From the IMG/VR virus record IMGVR_UViG_3300045988_123498: a stretch of 55,256 nucleotides of DNA; one strand, 5' to 3'. This DNA comes from a virus. The position numbers were made by a program, and so were the translations under genes. Position 1 is the first letter of the stretch. Every line of letters begins with the position of its first letter. Below are positions 35,518 to 43,680 of this stretch, one piece after another. The notes under the pieces were generated by a model that was given only the letters and a program-made list of their open reading frames with translations, was not told the origin of the DNA and made no database searches.

Positions 35518-38091
35518 CTAATCACATTTTGTATACCCGCAACTAGAGCACGTAATACAACCGTTCGTACGAAATACTGCATGTTCTCCGCATTTCGGGC
35601 ATTCTTCAAATATAGTTGGGCCGAAATTCGACCACAGTTTTTCTTTTGCCTCGTTAACCATTTTCATAAGATTTGTTCTTTTATTAAACGGTAACTGTAT
35701 AATCAAGTTCATTTTTTCTCGACTCTGTTCTTCATCGAACGTGTCAATTAGTTTGGAACCTATGTCCGAAATTTCAATATTTTCGTTAATAGGTTCGTCA
35801 TCCTCACAAATATCATTGTTTTTAGGAATCATTTTCTCAAGTTCTTCCAATGCGTATCCAACTGCGCACGGACACGATGAACCAATAGACACGTCGTTCG
35901 TAGTAGCTTTCCTTACTGCATAAGAAGGACAGGTACCAGCTGATTTAAGTTGGTCGATTATTTTATACGACGGAACACCAGCACGTGCTGCTAAACTTAT
36001 AAGTCTAGATACAGCTACCATAAACGAGTTACATCCTCCTGTAGAACCCTTCGAAAGGAAACATTCCCGTAATTCCCCAGTGTCACGGTCATAAAAAGAT
36101 TCCAAATGAAGCGTACCACAACCGGTGGTCAATGTCTTTTTAAGACCGTAACTGTTATCACTAATTGGGATTACCTCGCCTCTCTTAAGAGTTGTCTTTG
36201 TGTCATCGACTTGTTCTTCAACGACATCAGTATTCTCTTCTTTTTCTTCCTTGTCATTTGTCGTAAGTATTGCTGTTCTATAACAATTGTCCCTGAATAC
36301 TGTTACACCTTTAAGACCGAGTTCCCACGCTGTAATGTACAAATCATAAATATCATCAGGAGTAGCGTCCTCATTTAGATTTACTGTTGAACTAATCGCA
36401 GCATCAATAAATTTCTGCCACACTGATTGTACTTTAAGCCTATGGTAATACGGAATCTCATGTGCTGTAATGATTGATTCTTCTGATGATATATTCGTAT
36501 CATTAACTTCAATACACTTTCCATACTTACTAGCGATGACGTCTTTTATTACTTTAGGATACACCGTATATGTCGTATCTTCACCGTTAAGGCTTTTTGT
36601 TACACGATTGTAATGTGTAGCAAACAAAGGTTCAATACCACCAGATACGTCAATCATGGTGGATATACTACCAGTAGGAGCAACAGTTAGGAGTTGTGAA
36701 TTCGCTAATCCGTATTTGTATATACTTTGGCAAAAATCTTCCGAAGGTTTTGTACCATATCGATTGGTTCTAATAAAATTAAAAATACTATTATCTTCTG
36801 AAATACTTTTGAGTAAATTACGAATATAAGTCGTATTTAACAATCCCTCATAATCCAAGTCTACTTTTTTACTTGGACTTTCTATGGCTAGTTTATTACT
36901 TGTTAGGAGAGAGTAATATGCCATTATACTACCTATATCTCGTATAAATATAAAAGATTCAGGACTGCCATAAGTTATCCCAAGCTTAATAAGAGCATCG
37001 GCGAATCCCATAATGCCAAGGCCTATTTGCCTCCAACGCGTTACTGATTCTGTTTGTTCACGCAAAGGATGCAAATCGACCCCTTCGTCTAAAACATTAT
37101 TCAATGCACGTACAGAAATATCAATAGCATCGATAAAATCGAGGTAGTCGAAAATATAACGATTATAGTCATTATTCCATTTACAGAATGCGGACAGATT
37201 AAGAGCACCAAGCAAACAGCTTCCACCAGAAGGAAGAGGTTCTTCTGCGCATGGATTAACACCACCGTATTTAAATCCGGGTTCATTACTAAGAAGTCCT
37301 CCTCGACGTATGTTATCCCAGAATAAAATACCCGGCTCACCGGTTTCCCAACAGTATTCACTTAACTTCATCAGCAACTTGCCTGCGTTTATCTTTTTGC
37401 CAGACATGTCTTTTTCGGTCTTAGTCTCGGAATCGTACATACTACGATTAAATATCAATTCGTAGTTTTCTTCATCTGTATCTTCTTGAGCCTTACGCAT
37501 AAACTCATCATCGACTCGTACAGACAAATTTGCATTATTTATTTTACTAAGGTCTCGCTTTACGTCAATGAATTCCAAAATATCAGGATGATTAGATGAT
37601 AATGACATCATCAATGCTCCTCGACGTCCGTTCTGTCCGATTATCTCAGTTGTCTTATCATACAACTCCATGAAAGACACTACACCACTACTTGATTTAG
37701 CAGCGTTGTGAATAGCAGCACCTTTGAATGACAGCTTACTAAGGTCTATACCACAGCCACCTCCGTACGAGAACGTACGTGCAAGTTTCTTAGCTGTGTT
37801 AAAGATAGATTCAAGATTATCTTCAGGTGGTGCAATTACGTAACAATTGCTGTATGTCTTTTTTGAAGTCACTGACGCGTTATTACGATTAGCGAGTATA
37901 CGACCTCCGAACAGGAATTTCTTGGATTCGATGAGTTTAGATAATTGCTCATCTCCGCCAGATACGTCGTACAACCATTCTTTGTATGTTCTACCATCGG
38001 CGTATTTCTTTTTCCAAATATCAAATCCAAGAGTGTTGTCTTCACCGAGCCACTCTTTTTCGTTTTTGTAAATGGTTTCAAAATTTTCCAT
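35518..38091 (-). CDS. nrdJ: Class II (adenosylcobalamin-dependent) ribonucleotide reductase
   Basis: GVNPCAEEPLPSGGSCLLGALNLS is the active-site Cys loop. TGCGTLHLESF...GSTGGCNSFMVAVSRLISLAARAGV follows. The C-terminal zinc ribbon is CPKCGEH...CITCSSCGYTKCD. Confidence 0.85.
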   Translation of the reverse strand: MENFETIYKNEKEWLGEDNTLGFDIWKKKYADGRTYKEWLYDVSGGDEQLSKLIESKKFLFGGRILANRNNASVTSKKTYSNCYVIAPPEDNLESIFNTAKKLARTFSYGGGCGIDLSKLSFKGAAIHNAAKSSSGVVSFMELYDKTTEIIGQNGRRGALMMSLSSNHPDILEFIDVKRDLSKINNANLSVRVDDEFMRKAQEDTDEENYELIFNRSMYDSETKTEKDMSGKKINAGKLLMKLSEYCWETGEPGILFWDNIRRGGLLSNEPGFKYGGVNPCAEEPLPSGGSCLLGALNLSAFCKWNNDYNRYIFDYLDFIDAIDISVRALNNVLDEGVDLHPLREQTESVTRWRQIGLGIMGFADALIKLGITYGSPESFIFIRDIGSIMAYYSLLTSNKLAIESPSKKVDLDYEGLLNTTYIRNLLKSISEDNSIFNFIRTNRYGTKPSEDFCQSIYKYGLANSQLLTVAPTGSISTMIDVSGGIEPLFATHYNRVTKSLNGEDTTYTVYPKVIKDVIASKYGKCIEVNDTNISSEESIITAHEIPYYHRLKVQSVWQKFIDAAISSTVNLNEDATPDDIYDLYITAWELGLKGVTVFRDNCYRTAILTTNDKEEKEENTDVVEEQVDDTKTTLKRGEVIPISDNSYGLKKTLTTGCGTLHLESFYDRDTGELRECFLSKGSTGGCNSFMVAVSRLISLAARAGVPSYKIIDQLKSAGTCPSYAVRKATTNDVSIGSSCPCAVGYALEELEKMIPKNNDICEDDEPINENIEISDIGSKLIDTFDEEQSREKMNLIIQLPFNKRTNLMKMVNEAKEKLWSNFGPTIFEECPKCGEHAVFRTNGCITCSSCGYTKCD
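35665..35747 (-). repeat. Portal-derived 83-nt segment inside the nrdJ linker
   Basis: It encodes DTFDEEQSREKMNLIIQLPFNKRTNLM, against the portal sequence DAFDEEQSRGKLNLIIQLPFSTRTNLM. It is in frame in both genes. Confidence 0.85.
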
Positions 38092-38101
38092 AATTACCTC
38101 C
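37995..38101 (-). repeat. nrdJ RBS plus first ~33 codons, duplicated at 38368..38474 (~90 percent identity)
   Basis: Both copies end in cataattacctcc (RBS plus ATG) and encode M(E/K)NFET(I/V)Y(K/Q)N(E/K)KEWLGEDNTLG(F/L)DIWKKKYAD. Confidence 0.85.
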
Positions 38102-38464
38102 TTATATATTAAATAAACAATATTGTTTTTTATTTTTTAAATCAGAATCGCGAACAGCGTCGCAAAATGCATTAACATCATCGAGAGTCATATTAACAGC
38201 TGTCAAACCTCTTGTTTTACAATCCATGAAAATCTTCGGATTAATATAGATACCCTTTTCACTAATTGAAAGTTCATACGTTCCGTTAGTACGCTCACGA
38301 ATATATACCGTATATACACCGTTAAGAGTACAGAAATGATATTTGAAACACATAATATTACCTCCTTCATCGGCGTATTTCTTCTTCCAAATATCAAGTC
38401 CAAGAGTGTTGTCTTCACCAAGCCACTCTTTTTTGTTTTGGTAGACGGTTTCAAAGTTTTTCAT
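38102..38464 (-). CDS. Chimeric ORF: duplicated nrdJ N-terminus fused to a member of the ~75-aa paralog family
   Basis: Start at ATG 38464 after GGAGGTAATT. An internal GAAGGAGGTAATATT-ATG at ~38353 marks the original family-gene start (MCFKYHFCTLNGVYTVY...). Confidence 0.7.
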   Translation of the reverse strand: MKNFETVYQNKKEWLGEDNTLGLDIWKKKYADEGGNIMCFKYHFCTLNGVYTVYIRERTNGTYELSISEKGIYINPKIFMDCKTRGLTAVNMTLDDVNAFCDAVRDSDLKNKKQYCLFNI

Positions 38465-38474
38465 AATTACCTCC
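38368..38474 (-). repeat. Second copy of the nrdJ 5' end
   Basis: See 37995..38101. Confidence 0.85.
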
Positions 38475-38699
38475 TTTAATCGCACTATCGCAGTAATTTT
38501 TTACAGTAGTGATGAACTCTTTGATATCGTCACGAGTTAGATTAATGGCTATAGAATCTTTTACATCATAATTCTTGAAAAAACGCGGGTCTTGAACATG
38601 TCCTTCGTTATCGTAAATCGCGAATTTATACAGACCATTATCACATTCGAAATATTCCATTCTGTACCAACGTCGATACGTGCTAATTACTTTTTCCAT
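38451..38699 (-). CDS. Paralog family protein (82 aa)
   Basis: MEKVISTYRRWYRMEYFECDNGLYKFAIYDNEGH...AINLTRDDIKEF. It is very similar to 38976..39194. Confidence 0.85.
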   Translation of the reverse strand: MEKVISTYRRWYRMEYFECDNGLYKFAIYDNEGHVQDPRFFKNYDVKDSIAINLTRDDIKEFITTVKNYCDSAIKGGNYEKL

Positions 38700-38715
38700 A
38701 ATAATTACCTCCTTT

Positions 38716-38934
38716 TTAATTATCGTCGTGTTCCTTTATAGCAGTGAGGAATTCTTGAACATCGTCCAACGTCAGGTTAATGGCCGTAATACCTTCTACG
38801 TCACAATCAATGAAATACTTAGGATAGTGATATGTTCCATTATCGTCGTGAATTTCAAGTTTATACATACCGTCATCGCATTCGATAACATCTACTATGT
38901 ATGTACGATGTGAAGTATAAATATAATTTTCCAT
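38716..38934 (-). CDS. Paralog family protein (72 aa)
   Basis: MENYIYTSHRTYIVDVIECDDGMYKLEIHDDNG...AINLTLDDVQEF. An alternative ATG lies at 38949. Confidence 0.8.
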   Translation of the reverse strand: MENYIYTSHRTYIVDVIECDDGMYKLEIHDDNGTYHYPKYFIDCDVEGITAINLTLDDVQEFLTAIKEHDDN

Positions 38935-38975
38935 AATTATCTCAATCATTTTAAATATGAAAAATAAGTAGTATA

Positions 38976-39194
38976 CTACTTTTTATCGTGATTTTTTATT
39001 GCTCTGAAGAACTCTTGGACGTCGTCCCACGTCAGGTTAATGGCCATAGAGCCTTTTACATCGCATTCTTTAAACCATTTTGGATGAATGCAAATTCCTG
39101 CGTTATCGTATATCGCGAGTTTATAGAGACCATCATCACATTCGAAATATTCTATTCTGTACCAACGGCGAGGTGTGCTAATTACTTTTTCCAT
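38976..39194 (-). CDS. Paralog family protein (72 aa)
   Basis: MEKVISTPRRWYRIEYFECDDGLYKLAIYDNAG...AINLTWDDVQEF. Confidence 0.85.
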   Translation of the reverse strand: MEKVISTPRRWYRIEYFECDDGLYKLAIYDNAGICIHPKWFKECDVKGSMAINLTWDDVQEFFRAIKNHDKK

Positions 39195-39212
39195 AATAAT
39201 TTTCTCCTTATT

Positions 39213-39485
39213 TTAAAACTTTTTTCCAAACAATATTAAAATCAAGTAGTATACTACAATGATAATAATAGACGCGAGAAGAGAGAAGAATTCGAATATA
39301 TATCCAGTAACTGCCAATATGAATGGTGACATCAAAAGTAAGAACGCCAATAAGCTTGACAGACAGTCAAAGATTTTCCTACTAGTAGAATTGTTCGGAC
39401 ACGACAACTCTATCCTATGAAAGATACCGATAAAGATAAACGTTGTGAAACACGCAGCAACAAAGAATATTAAAAATTTTTCCAT
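39213..39485 (-). CDS. Membrane protein (90 aa), paralog of 39683..39961
   Basis: MEKFLIFFVAACFTTFIFIGIFHRIELSCPNNSTSRKIF... against MEKFILGFMAAWAFTFIFTGIFYKIELSCADGSTSRKIF... Confidence 0.85.
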   Translation of the reverse strand: MEKFLIFFVAACFTTFIFIGIFHRIELSCPNNSTSRKIFDCLSSLLAFLLLMSPFILAVTGYIFEFFSLLASIIIIVVYYLILILFGKKF

Positions 39486-39494
39486 GATAACCTC

Positions 39495-39671
39495 CTAACC
39501 AATAATGTTTTTTCTCATGAGTATCATCCCAATGAGAGTAATACTATGTACGATGAACCATGCAATAAACCATGGGATAGAATACTTAAATCCAGCATAT
39601 GTAAATCTGTTAGCACCGATTCCTAATAATACGAAACCTAGCAATTTTCCAGTGATTAGCAATGTTTCCAT
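39495..39671 (-). CDS. Membrane peptide (58 aa), paralog of 39981..40160
   Basis: Hand translation gives METLLITGKLLGFVLLGIGANRFTYAGFKYSIPWFIAWFIVHSITLIGMILMRKNIIG. RBS is GGAGGAAATAAG. Confidence 0.65.
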   Translation of the reverse strand: METLLITGKLLGFVLLGIGANRFTYAGFKYSIPWFIAWFIVHSITLIGMILMRKNIIG

Positions 39672-39682
39672 CTTATTTCCTC

Positions 39683-39961
39683 CTATTTAGAAAGAAATTG
39701 ACCGATGACCGCTGTTATAATTATATACACGACTATAATTATTAACGCCGCTATCACAGTTATGAAATTAAATAGACAACCGGCTATAGCAAATATAAAA
39801 GGAGACAACCAAACAATATTAGCCATCACGGTTGTAATGACATTGAATATTTTTCTTGATGTTGAACCATCAGCACAAGACAGTTCTATTTTATAAAAAA
39901 TTCCAGTGAAGATAAATGTAAACGCCCATGCAGCCATAAAACCTAGAATGAATTTTTCCAT
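39683..39961 (-). CDS. Membrane protein (92 aa), paralog of 39213..39485
   Basis: Start at ATG 39961 after GAGGAGGAAATTATC. The track start 40030 overlaps the upstream peptide gene. Confidence 0.8.
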   Translation of the reverse strand: MEKFILGFMAAWAFTFIFTGIFYKIELSCADGSTSRKIFNVITTVMANIVWLSPFIFAIAGCLFNFITVIAALIIIVVYIIITAVIGQFLSK

Positions 39962-39980
39962 GATAATTTCCTCCTCAATT

Positions 39981-40160
39981 TTAACCAATAATTCCTTTTG
40001 CCATAAGGAACATTCCAACAAAAGTACCACTATGTATTATAAACCACGCGACATACCAAGGGATTGCGTACCTAAATCCATCATATATCCAACTGTGAGT
40101 GCCAATGGCCAAAAAACCAAAACCGAACAACATTCCTGCTAAAAGCAAAATTTCTATCAT
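39981..40160 (-). CDS. Membrane peptide (59 aa), paralog of 39495..39671
   Basis: MIEILLLAGMLFGFGFLAIGTHSWIYDGFRYAIPWYVAWFIIHSGTFVGMFLMAKGIIG. RBS is GGAGGAAGAAAT. Confidence 0.65.
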   Translation of the reverse strand: MIEILLLAGMLFGFGFLAIGTHSWIYDGFRYAIPWYVAWFIIHSGTFVGMFLMAKGIIG

Positions 40161-40178
40161 ATTTCTTCCTCCATTTTA

Positions 40179-40388
40179 TTAGATGTACTTAATGTTCAAT
40201 ATCAGTATCAATGCCAAACAAAGTGTTCCAATACCCATAAGAATTCCAATGATTATAAAATATAAAAAACTCTTATGGTTTTCTGTAGAAAAGATACCAG
40301 AGCGCCAACAGTAACCGTGCATCCATACTAAACAGCTTACGAAAAAGGAGACCAAAACTGTCCCAATTATTAAATATAAATAGTTCAT
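40179..40388 (-). CDS. Membrane protein (69 aa), MNYLY family
   Basis: Track ORF with two TM segments. Its start overlaps the stop of the upstream micro-ORF (ATGA). Confidence 0.8.
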   Translation of the reverse strand: MNYLYLIIGTVLVSFFVSCLVWMHGYCWRSGIFSTENHKSFLYFIIIGILMGIGTLCLALILILNIKYI

Positions 40389-40477
40389 ACAGATGACACC
40401 ACTGTATCGATTGCAAAAAGAATGATAAAAGTTACAACTGCGGCGATAATCCCTACTACAAAATATAAATATTTCAT
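40385..40477 (-). CDS. 30-aa single-TM peptide (M(K/N)YLYF family)
   Basis: MKYLYFVVGIIAAVVTFIILFAIDTVVSSV. RBS is GGAGGAAATT. Confidence 0.5.
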   Translation of the reverse strand: MKYLYFVVGIIAAVVTFIILFAIDTVVSSV

Positions 40478-40502
40478 AATTTCCTCCATTTTAATAAGCA
40501 TA

Positions 40503-40598
40503 TCATATAGAAGACACAACCGCACCGATTATGCAAATAGCGGTAAAGATTATAAAAGCGACAATAAATCCTATAGTTAAAAAATATAAATAATTCAT
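40503..40598 (-). CDS. 31-aa single-TM peptide (M(K/N)YLYF family)
   Basis: MNYLYFLTIGFIVAFIIFTAICIIGAVVSSI. RBS is GGAGGAAATT. Confidence 0.5.
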   Translation of the reverse strand: MNYLYFLTIGFIVAFIIFTAICIIGAVVSSI

Positions 40599-40619
40599 AA
40601 TTTCCTCCATACTATTGTT

Positions 40620-40703
40620 TTATCTCATAGACAAGATAATCCCGACTAGAGTGCCAAAGCCGATTGCAAAAAACACACCGATTAAAATAATTGGCCAGTT
40701 CAT
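40620..40703 (-). CDS. 27-aa single-TM peptide
   Basis: MNWPIILIGVFFAIGFGTLVGIILSMR. RBS is AAGGAGAAAAAT. It overlaps the helicase stop. Confidence 0.45.
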   Translation of the reverse strand: MNWPIILIGVFFAIGFGTLVGIILSMR

Positions 40704-41851
40704 ATTTTTCTCCTTTTAATTAGACTCTTTTCATTGAAGTTCTTTTTCTTAGATAAAGCTGAATTTATTGCTATATCTATAATCGATTTAGTTTTTATAT
40801 GATAAAAATATAAATCGACAAAACTGGTATTTAACCGGTCTATTCTACCAGCTGATTGCACCATAACCTTATAAGAGTAATTTGGACTGAAAAACACAAT
40901 CGTATCTGTATCTGTACAGTTCCACCCTTCAGCTCCAGCTGTGTATTGAACTAAATAGACCCATTTTTTGGATGTGGGTATACTATCATGTTTGTGTCCG
41001 TTCCATTCGGCTATAACCGTATCTTTTAAGTACGATATTTTTTTAAGCCGTTCTAGTTCATAATCGAAATTGTAAAATATAATCAATCGATTATGTAACT
41101 TCTGAATCTTTTCAACTTCACGAGATTTGTTATCGTTATCGTTTACTATTCGTCTAAGAGTGTAACATAATGAGCTAATCTGTTCAATCGGCTTATTATT
41201 GAAAATATCCCACCGATTTCGCATTACGTATCTGTACTTAGTTACATCGTAGTCACAGAAAACGTTTATATGATGTTGAGTTGTTTTTCGATTAAAGTTC
41301 ATCGGAACAAGAATTTTGTCTTTGTAAAATATCAATAACCCTTCGTCAATGTATTTTTCTATCTTAGGATATTTCGAAAATTTACTAAAAACAGCATGTT
41401 GATGCAAGAATTCCGTTCTGTTTTTATAGAACCCGTTTGCAATAAACACAGGAATGTAGTCTTCCCAAGAATCTCCCGGTGTAGCAGAGAGGAGAATCCA
41501 TTTGTTTTTCTTAGTTATTTGTATGAAGCATTTCACCCACTCTCCATGTCCAATAACCCTCTGTTCGTCAAATATAAAGAATGCATCTTTAACATCAACA
41601 TATTTTTTGATGTTGTTCCATGAATCTACTTTAAACGTGTATTCTTCTAATCCGCCATGTTTTTGTATGTCGGATTCCCACTCATTCGTGTCGCGTTTTC
41701 GTGCTGTAGTAATTATGTATACATCTAAATATCCATGTAGTTTAGCGTAGGCAAGAGCAGTTAGTGACTTTCCTGAACCAACGCCACCGCACAAAATACA
41801 TCCATTATGCATTTTAGACAATGCATCTTTTTGGTATTCTCTAAGTTCCAT
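40700..41851 (-). CDS. SF2 (SNF2/DEAD-like) DNA helicase
   Basis: LREYQ, Walker A CGGVGSGKSLTA, Walker B FFIFDEQ, motif III LLSATPG and motif VI QSAGRIDRL. Confidence 0.85.
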   Translation of the reverse strand: MELREYQKDALSKMHNGCILCGGVGSGKSLTALAYAKLHGYLDVYIITTARKRDTNEWESDIQKHGGLEEYTFKVDSWNNIKKYVDVKDAFFIFDEQRVIGHGEWVKCFIQITKKNKWILLSATPGDSWEDYIPVFIANGFYKNRTEFLHQHAVFSKFSKYPKIEKYIDEGLLIFYKDKILVPMNFNRKTTQHHINVFCDYDVTKYRYVMRNRWDIFNNKPIEQISSLCYTLRRIVNDNDNKSREVEKIQKLHNRLIIFYNFDYELERLKKISYLKDTVIAEWNGHKHDSIPTSKKWVYLVQYTAGAEGWNCTDTDTIVFFSPNYSYKVMVQSAGRIDRLNTSFVDLYFYHIKTKSIIDIAINSALSKKKNFNEKSLIKRRKI

Positions 41852-42043
41852 ATACCCTCTCTAAAATATAAAGAATCTAGTTCTATTTTACGCATCGGAA
41901 CTAGAAAGCGACGGTCAGCTCGCATAGTGGGCATTGTTAAGAGGCATACGAGAGTAAATGACTAGCGCTACTTGTCACCGGCGTTGGCTACGCTGACCCC
42001 AACGTCTAATAGTTATCGAATTGATATTACCCTTTAATCTTGA

Positions 42044-42556
42044 TTAAAAAGGTAAATCACTATCATCAGAATTATCAGAAGAACCATTTTCGTTAGTCTC
42101 CATCATCATTTGTTCAAATCGGTCGATTTGCTGGTAAACTGTCATACCGCTGAGATACGCAGTCTGACCACTTTCGCCGTTAGGACGCTCCCAATGATAC
42201 GGCCTAATATCCATGTCAACCGACTCAATCCTAATAGAATCCAATGCAGAAACAAGATTCTCATCGACTCTTGTCTTCTTATCACCGGATTTAAGAATTA
42301 TAGTAGGCCCCCATTGATTAAATTTCAACTTAACCTTAATGTATCTAAAGAATTCTCCTTCCTCTGAAGTCGAAGGTTTTACTGTGGGAGAATATCCGTT
42401 TCGTCTAAAGAAGTCGACCGCAGCATCGTCAGGAAGCAATAGACAGAAATTTCTATCTCCTTCCTTGTTGTAAACACCCGGTTTTCCACTAAAATTCTTA
42501 AATATAATTTTAGCGTTGTTAATCTCTATAGTTTGTCCGTTAGTTTTGCATTCCAT
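42044..42556 (-). CDS. ssb: Single-stranded DNA-binding protein (non-canonical, phage type)
   Basis: Start at ATG 42556 after GGAGGAAAAATAAT. The C-terminal acidic tip ...SDNSDDSDLPF is like the SSB D-D-D-(I/L)-P-F tail. It sits in the replication module. Confidence 0.6.
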   Translation of the reverse strand: MECKTNGQTIEINNAKIIFKNFSGKPGVYNKEGDRNFCLLLPDDAAVDFFRRNGYSPTVKPSTSEEGEFFRYIKVKLKFNQWGPTIILKSGDKKTRVDENLVSALDSIRIESVDMDIRPYHWERPNGESGQTAYLSGMTVYQQIDRFEQMMMETNENGSSDNSDDSDLPF

Positions 42557-42595
42557 ATTATTTTTCCTCCTTTTATTCAAAAAGTACGATTATGT

Positions 42596-43498
42596 TTAAA
42601 GCCATAAATCCTTATTTGTTCTCGTTTCTTCTTCACACGGTTTCTTACTATCTTTTTTACCAAAAAGCAAATTAATAAAATCGCTAAAGCGACGTGCATT
42701 GTAATATGAATTGAGCATATCTTCTATATTTAATTCCTTTTCACTTTGTTTCTTAGTATCTTCTTTCTTTTCTTCATCCTCCTTCGATTGACGGGAACAA
42801 TATTCTTCTTGAGCCGCCACATCATTTTCACAATAATTGAGCAATTTACGCCATTCTTCATCGGTAATAGTAGTTTCAAACTCGAAATCACAATCATTCG
42901 TACAATTTATTCTCATTTTATCAAGTTCATAGTCATCGTGTTTACAGAACGTTCTGAAACCGTTATTGCAATCGTTTTTCTTTTCTTCACAACTATTATC
43001 GGAATCTTCTTTACGATTAACACTCTTTTCGGTGGAGAATTCTCCATGATAACGTTTCTCTAACTTTTCAATATTCTTGTTAAGAACATCTTCGAACTTG
43101 GTTTTATCGATAGCCCATGCCATAAGTGCTACATACCAGCACACGTCACCAAGCTCAAGGATAATCTTCTCCTTCGTGTCATCGTCGAGCTTATGTCCAT
43201 GATACATATATTTCTTTATAATATCATTGACCTCACCAACCTCCCCGGACAAACCAAGAGACGCATTAAGAATCAAATCTTTTTGTTCAAATACATCTTT
43301 GTTCAAAGTTTTGAGAGCCAAATCAGTGTAGCTCTCTGTTTGATTTATCCATTCTTCAAAGAAATCTCCAAATTCCATTATTGCGTTTGACAATTCATTC
43401 ATTGCGTTCTTCAATTCGTTAATGTTATCACGGTTAGCAATGAGTATTTCCAAAATATCCTCGTCTTCTTTACCTTTTTTCATGGTGTTTTCATTCAT
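42596..43498 (-). CDS. MazG-like nucleotide pyrophosphohydrolase with an acidic/Cys-rich C-terminal extension
   Basis: GLSGEVGEVNDIIKK...ILELGDVCWYVALMA...NIEKLEKRY fits the MazG EExGE...ELGD..WY...N..KL..R pattern. Confidence 0.75.
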   Translation of the reverse strand: MNENTMKKGKEDEDILEILIANRDNINELKNAMNELSNAIMEFGDFFEEWINQTESYTDLALKTLNKDVFEQKDLILNASLGLSGEVGEVNDIIKKYMYHGHKLDDDTKEKIILELGDVCWYVALMAWAIDKTKFEDVLNKNIEKLEKRYHGEFSTEKSVNRKEDSDNSCEEKKNDCNNGFRTFCKHDDYELDKMRINCTNDCDFEFETTITDEEWRKLLNYCENDVAAQEEYCSRQSKEDEEKKEDTKKQSEKELNIEDMLNSYYNARRFSDFINLLFGKKDSKKPCEEETRTNKDLWL

Positions 43499-43503
43499 AA
43501 TAA

Positions 43504-43680
43504 TTACTTCCTTTCTTTTGTCTTTTTGACAGTCTTTTTATTTTCTTCATAATTTATAGGCCGTCTAGAATTTTCTCTAGCTGGAACACTCAAACAGTAA
43601 TCGCATGGGTCATCTGCGTCACTTGAGTCATAATGTTTACATTTTGGACAATAAAGTTCAAACTCCACTATCTTCTCCAT
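43504..43680 (-). CDS. Small zinc-ribbon protein
   Basis: CPKC...(12)...CDYC. The first ATG is at 43680 and the track start 43698 is TTG. It overlaps the polymerase 3' end. Confidence 0.65.
   Translation of the reverse strand: MEKIVEFELYCPKCKHYDSSDADDPCDYCLSVPARENSRRPINYEENKKTVKKTKERK

Noticed and set aside
35301-35609. The 102-aa track ORF overlaps the 3' end of nrdJ by ~90 nt.
   Set aside because: The overlap is out of frame with a well-supported gene. A strong AAAGGAGGG-N7-GTG start lies right after the nrdJ stop, so I report the shorter 35301..35501 version.
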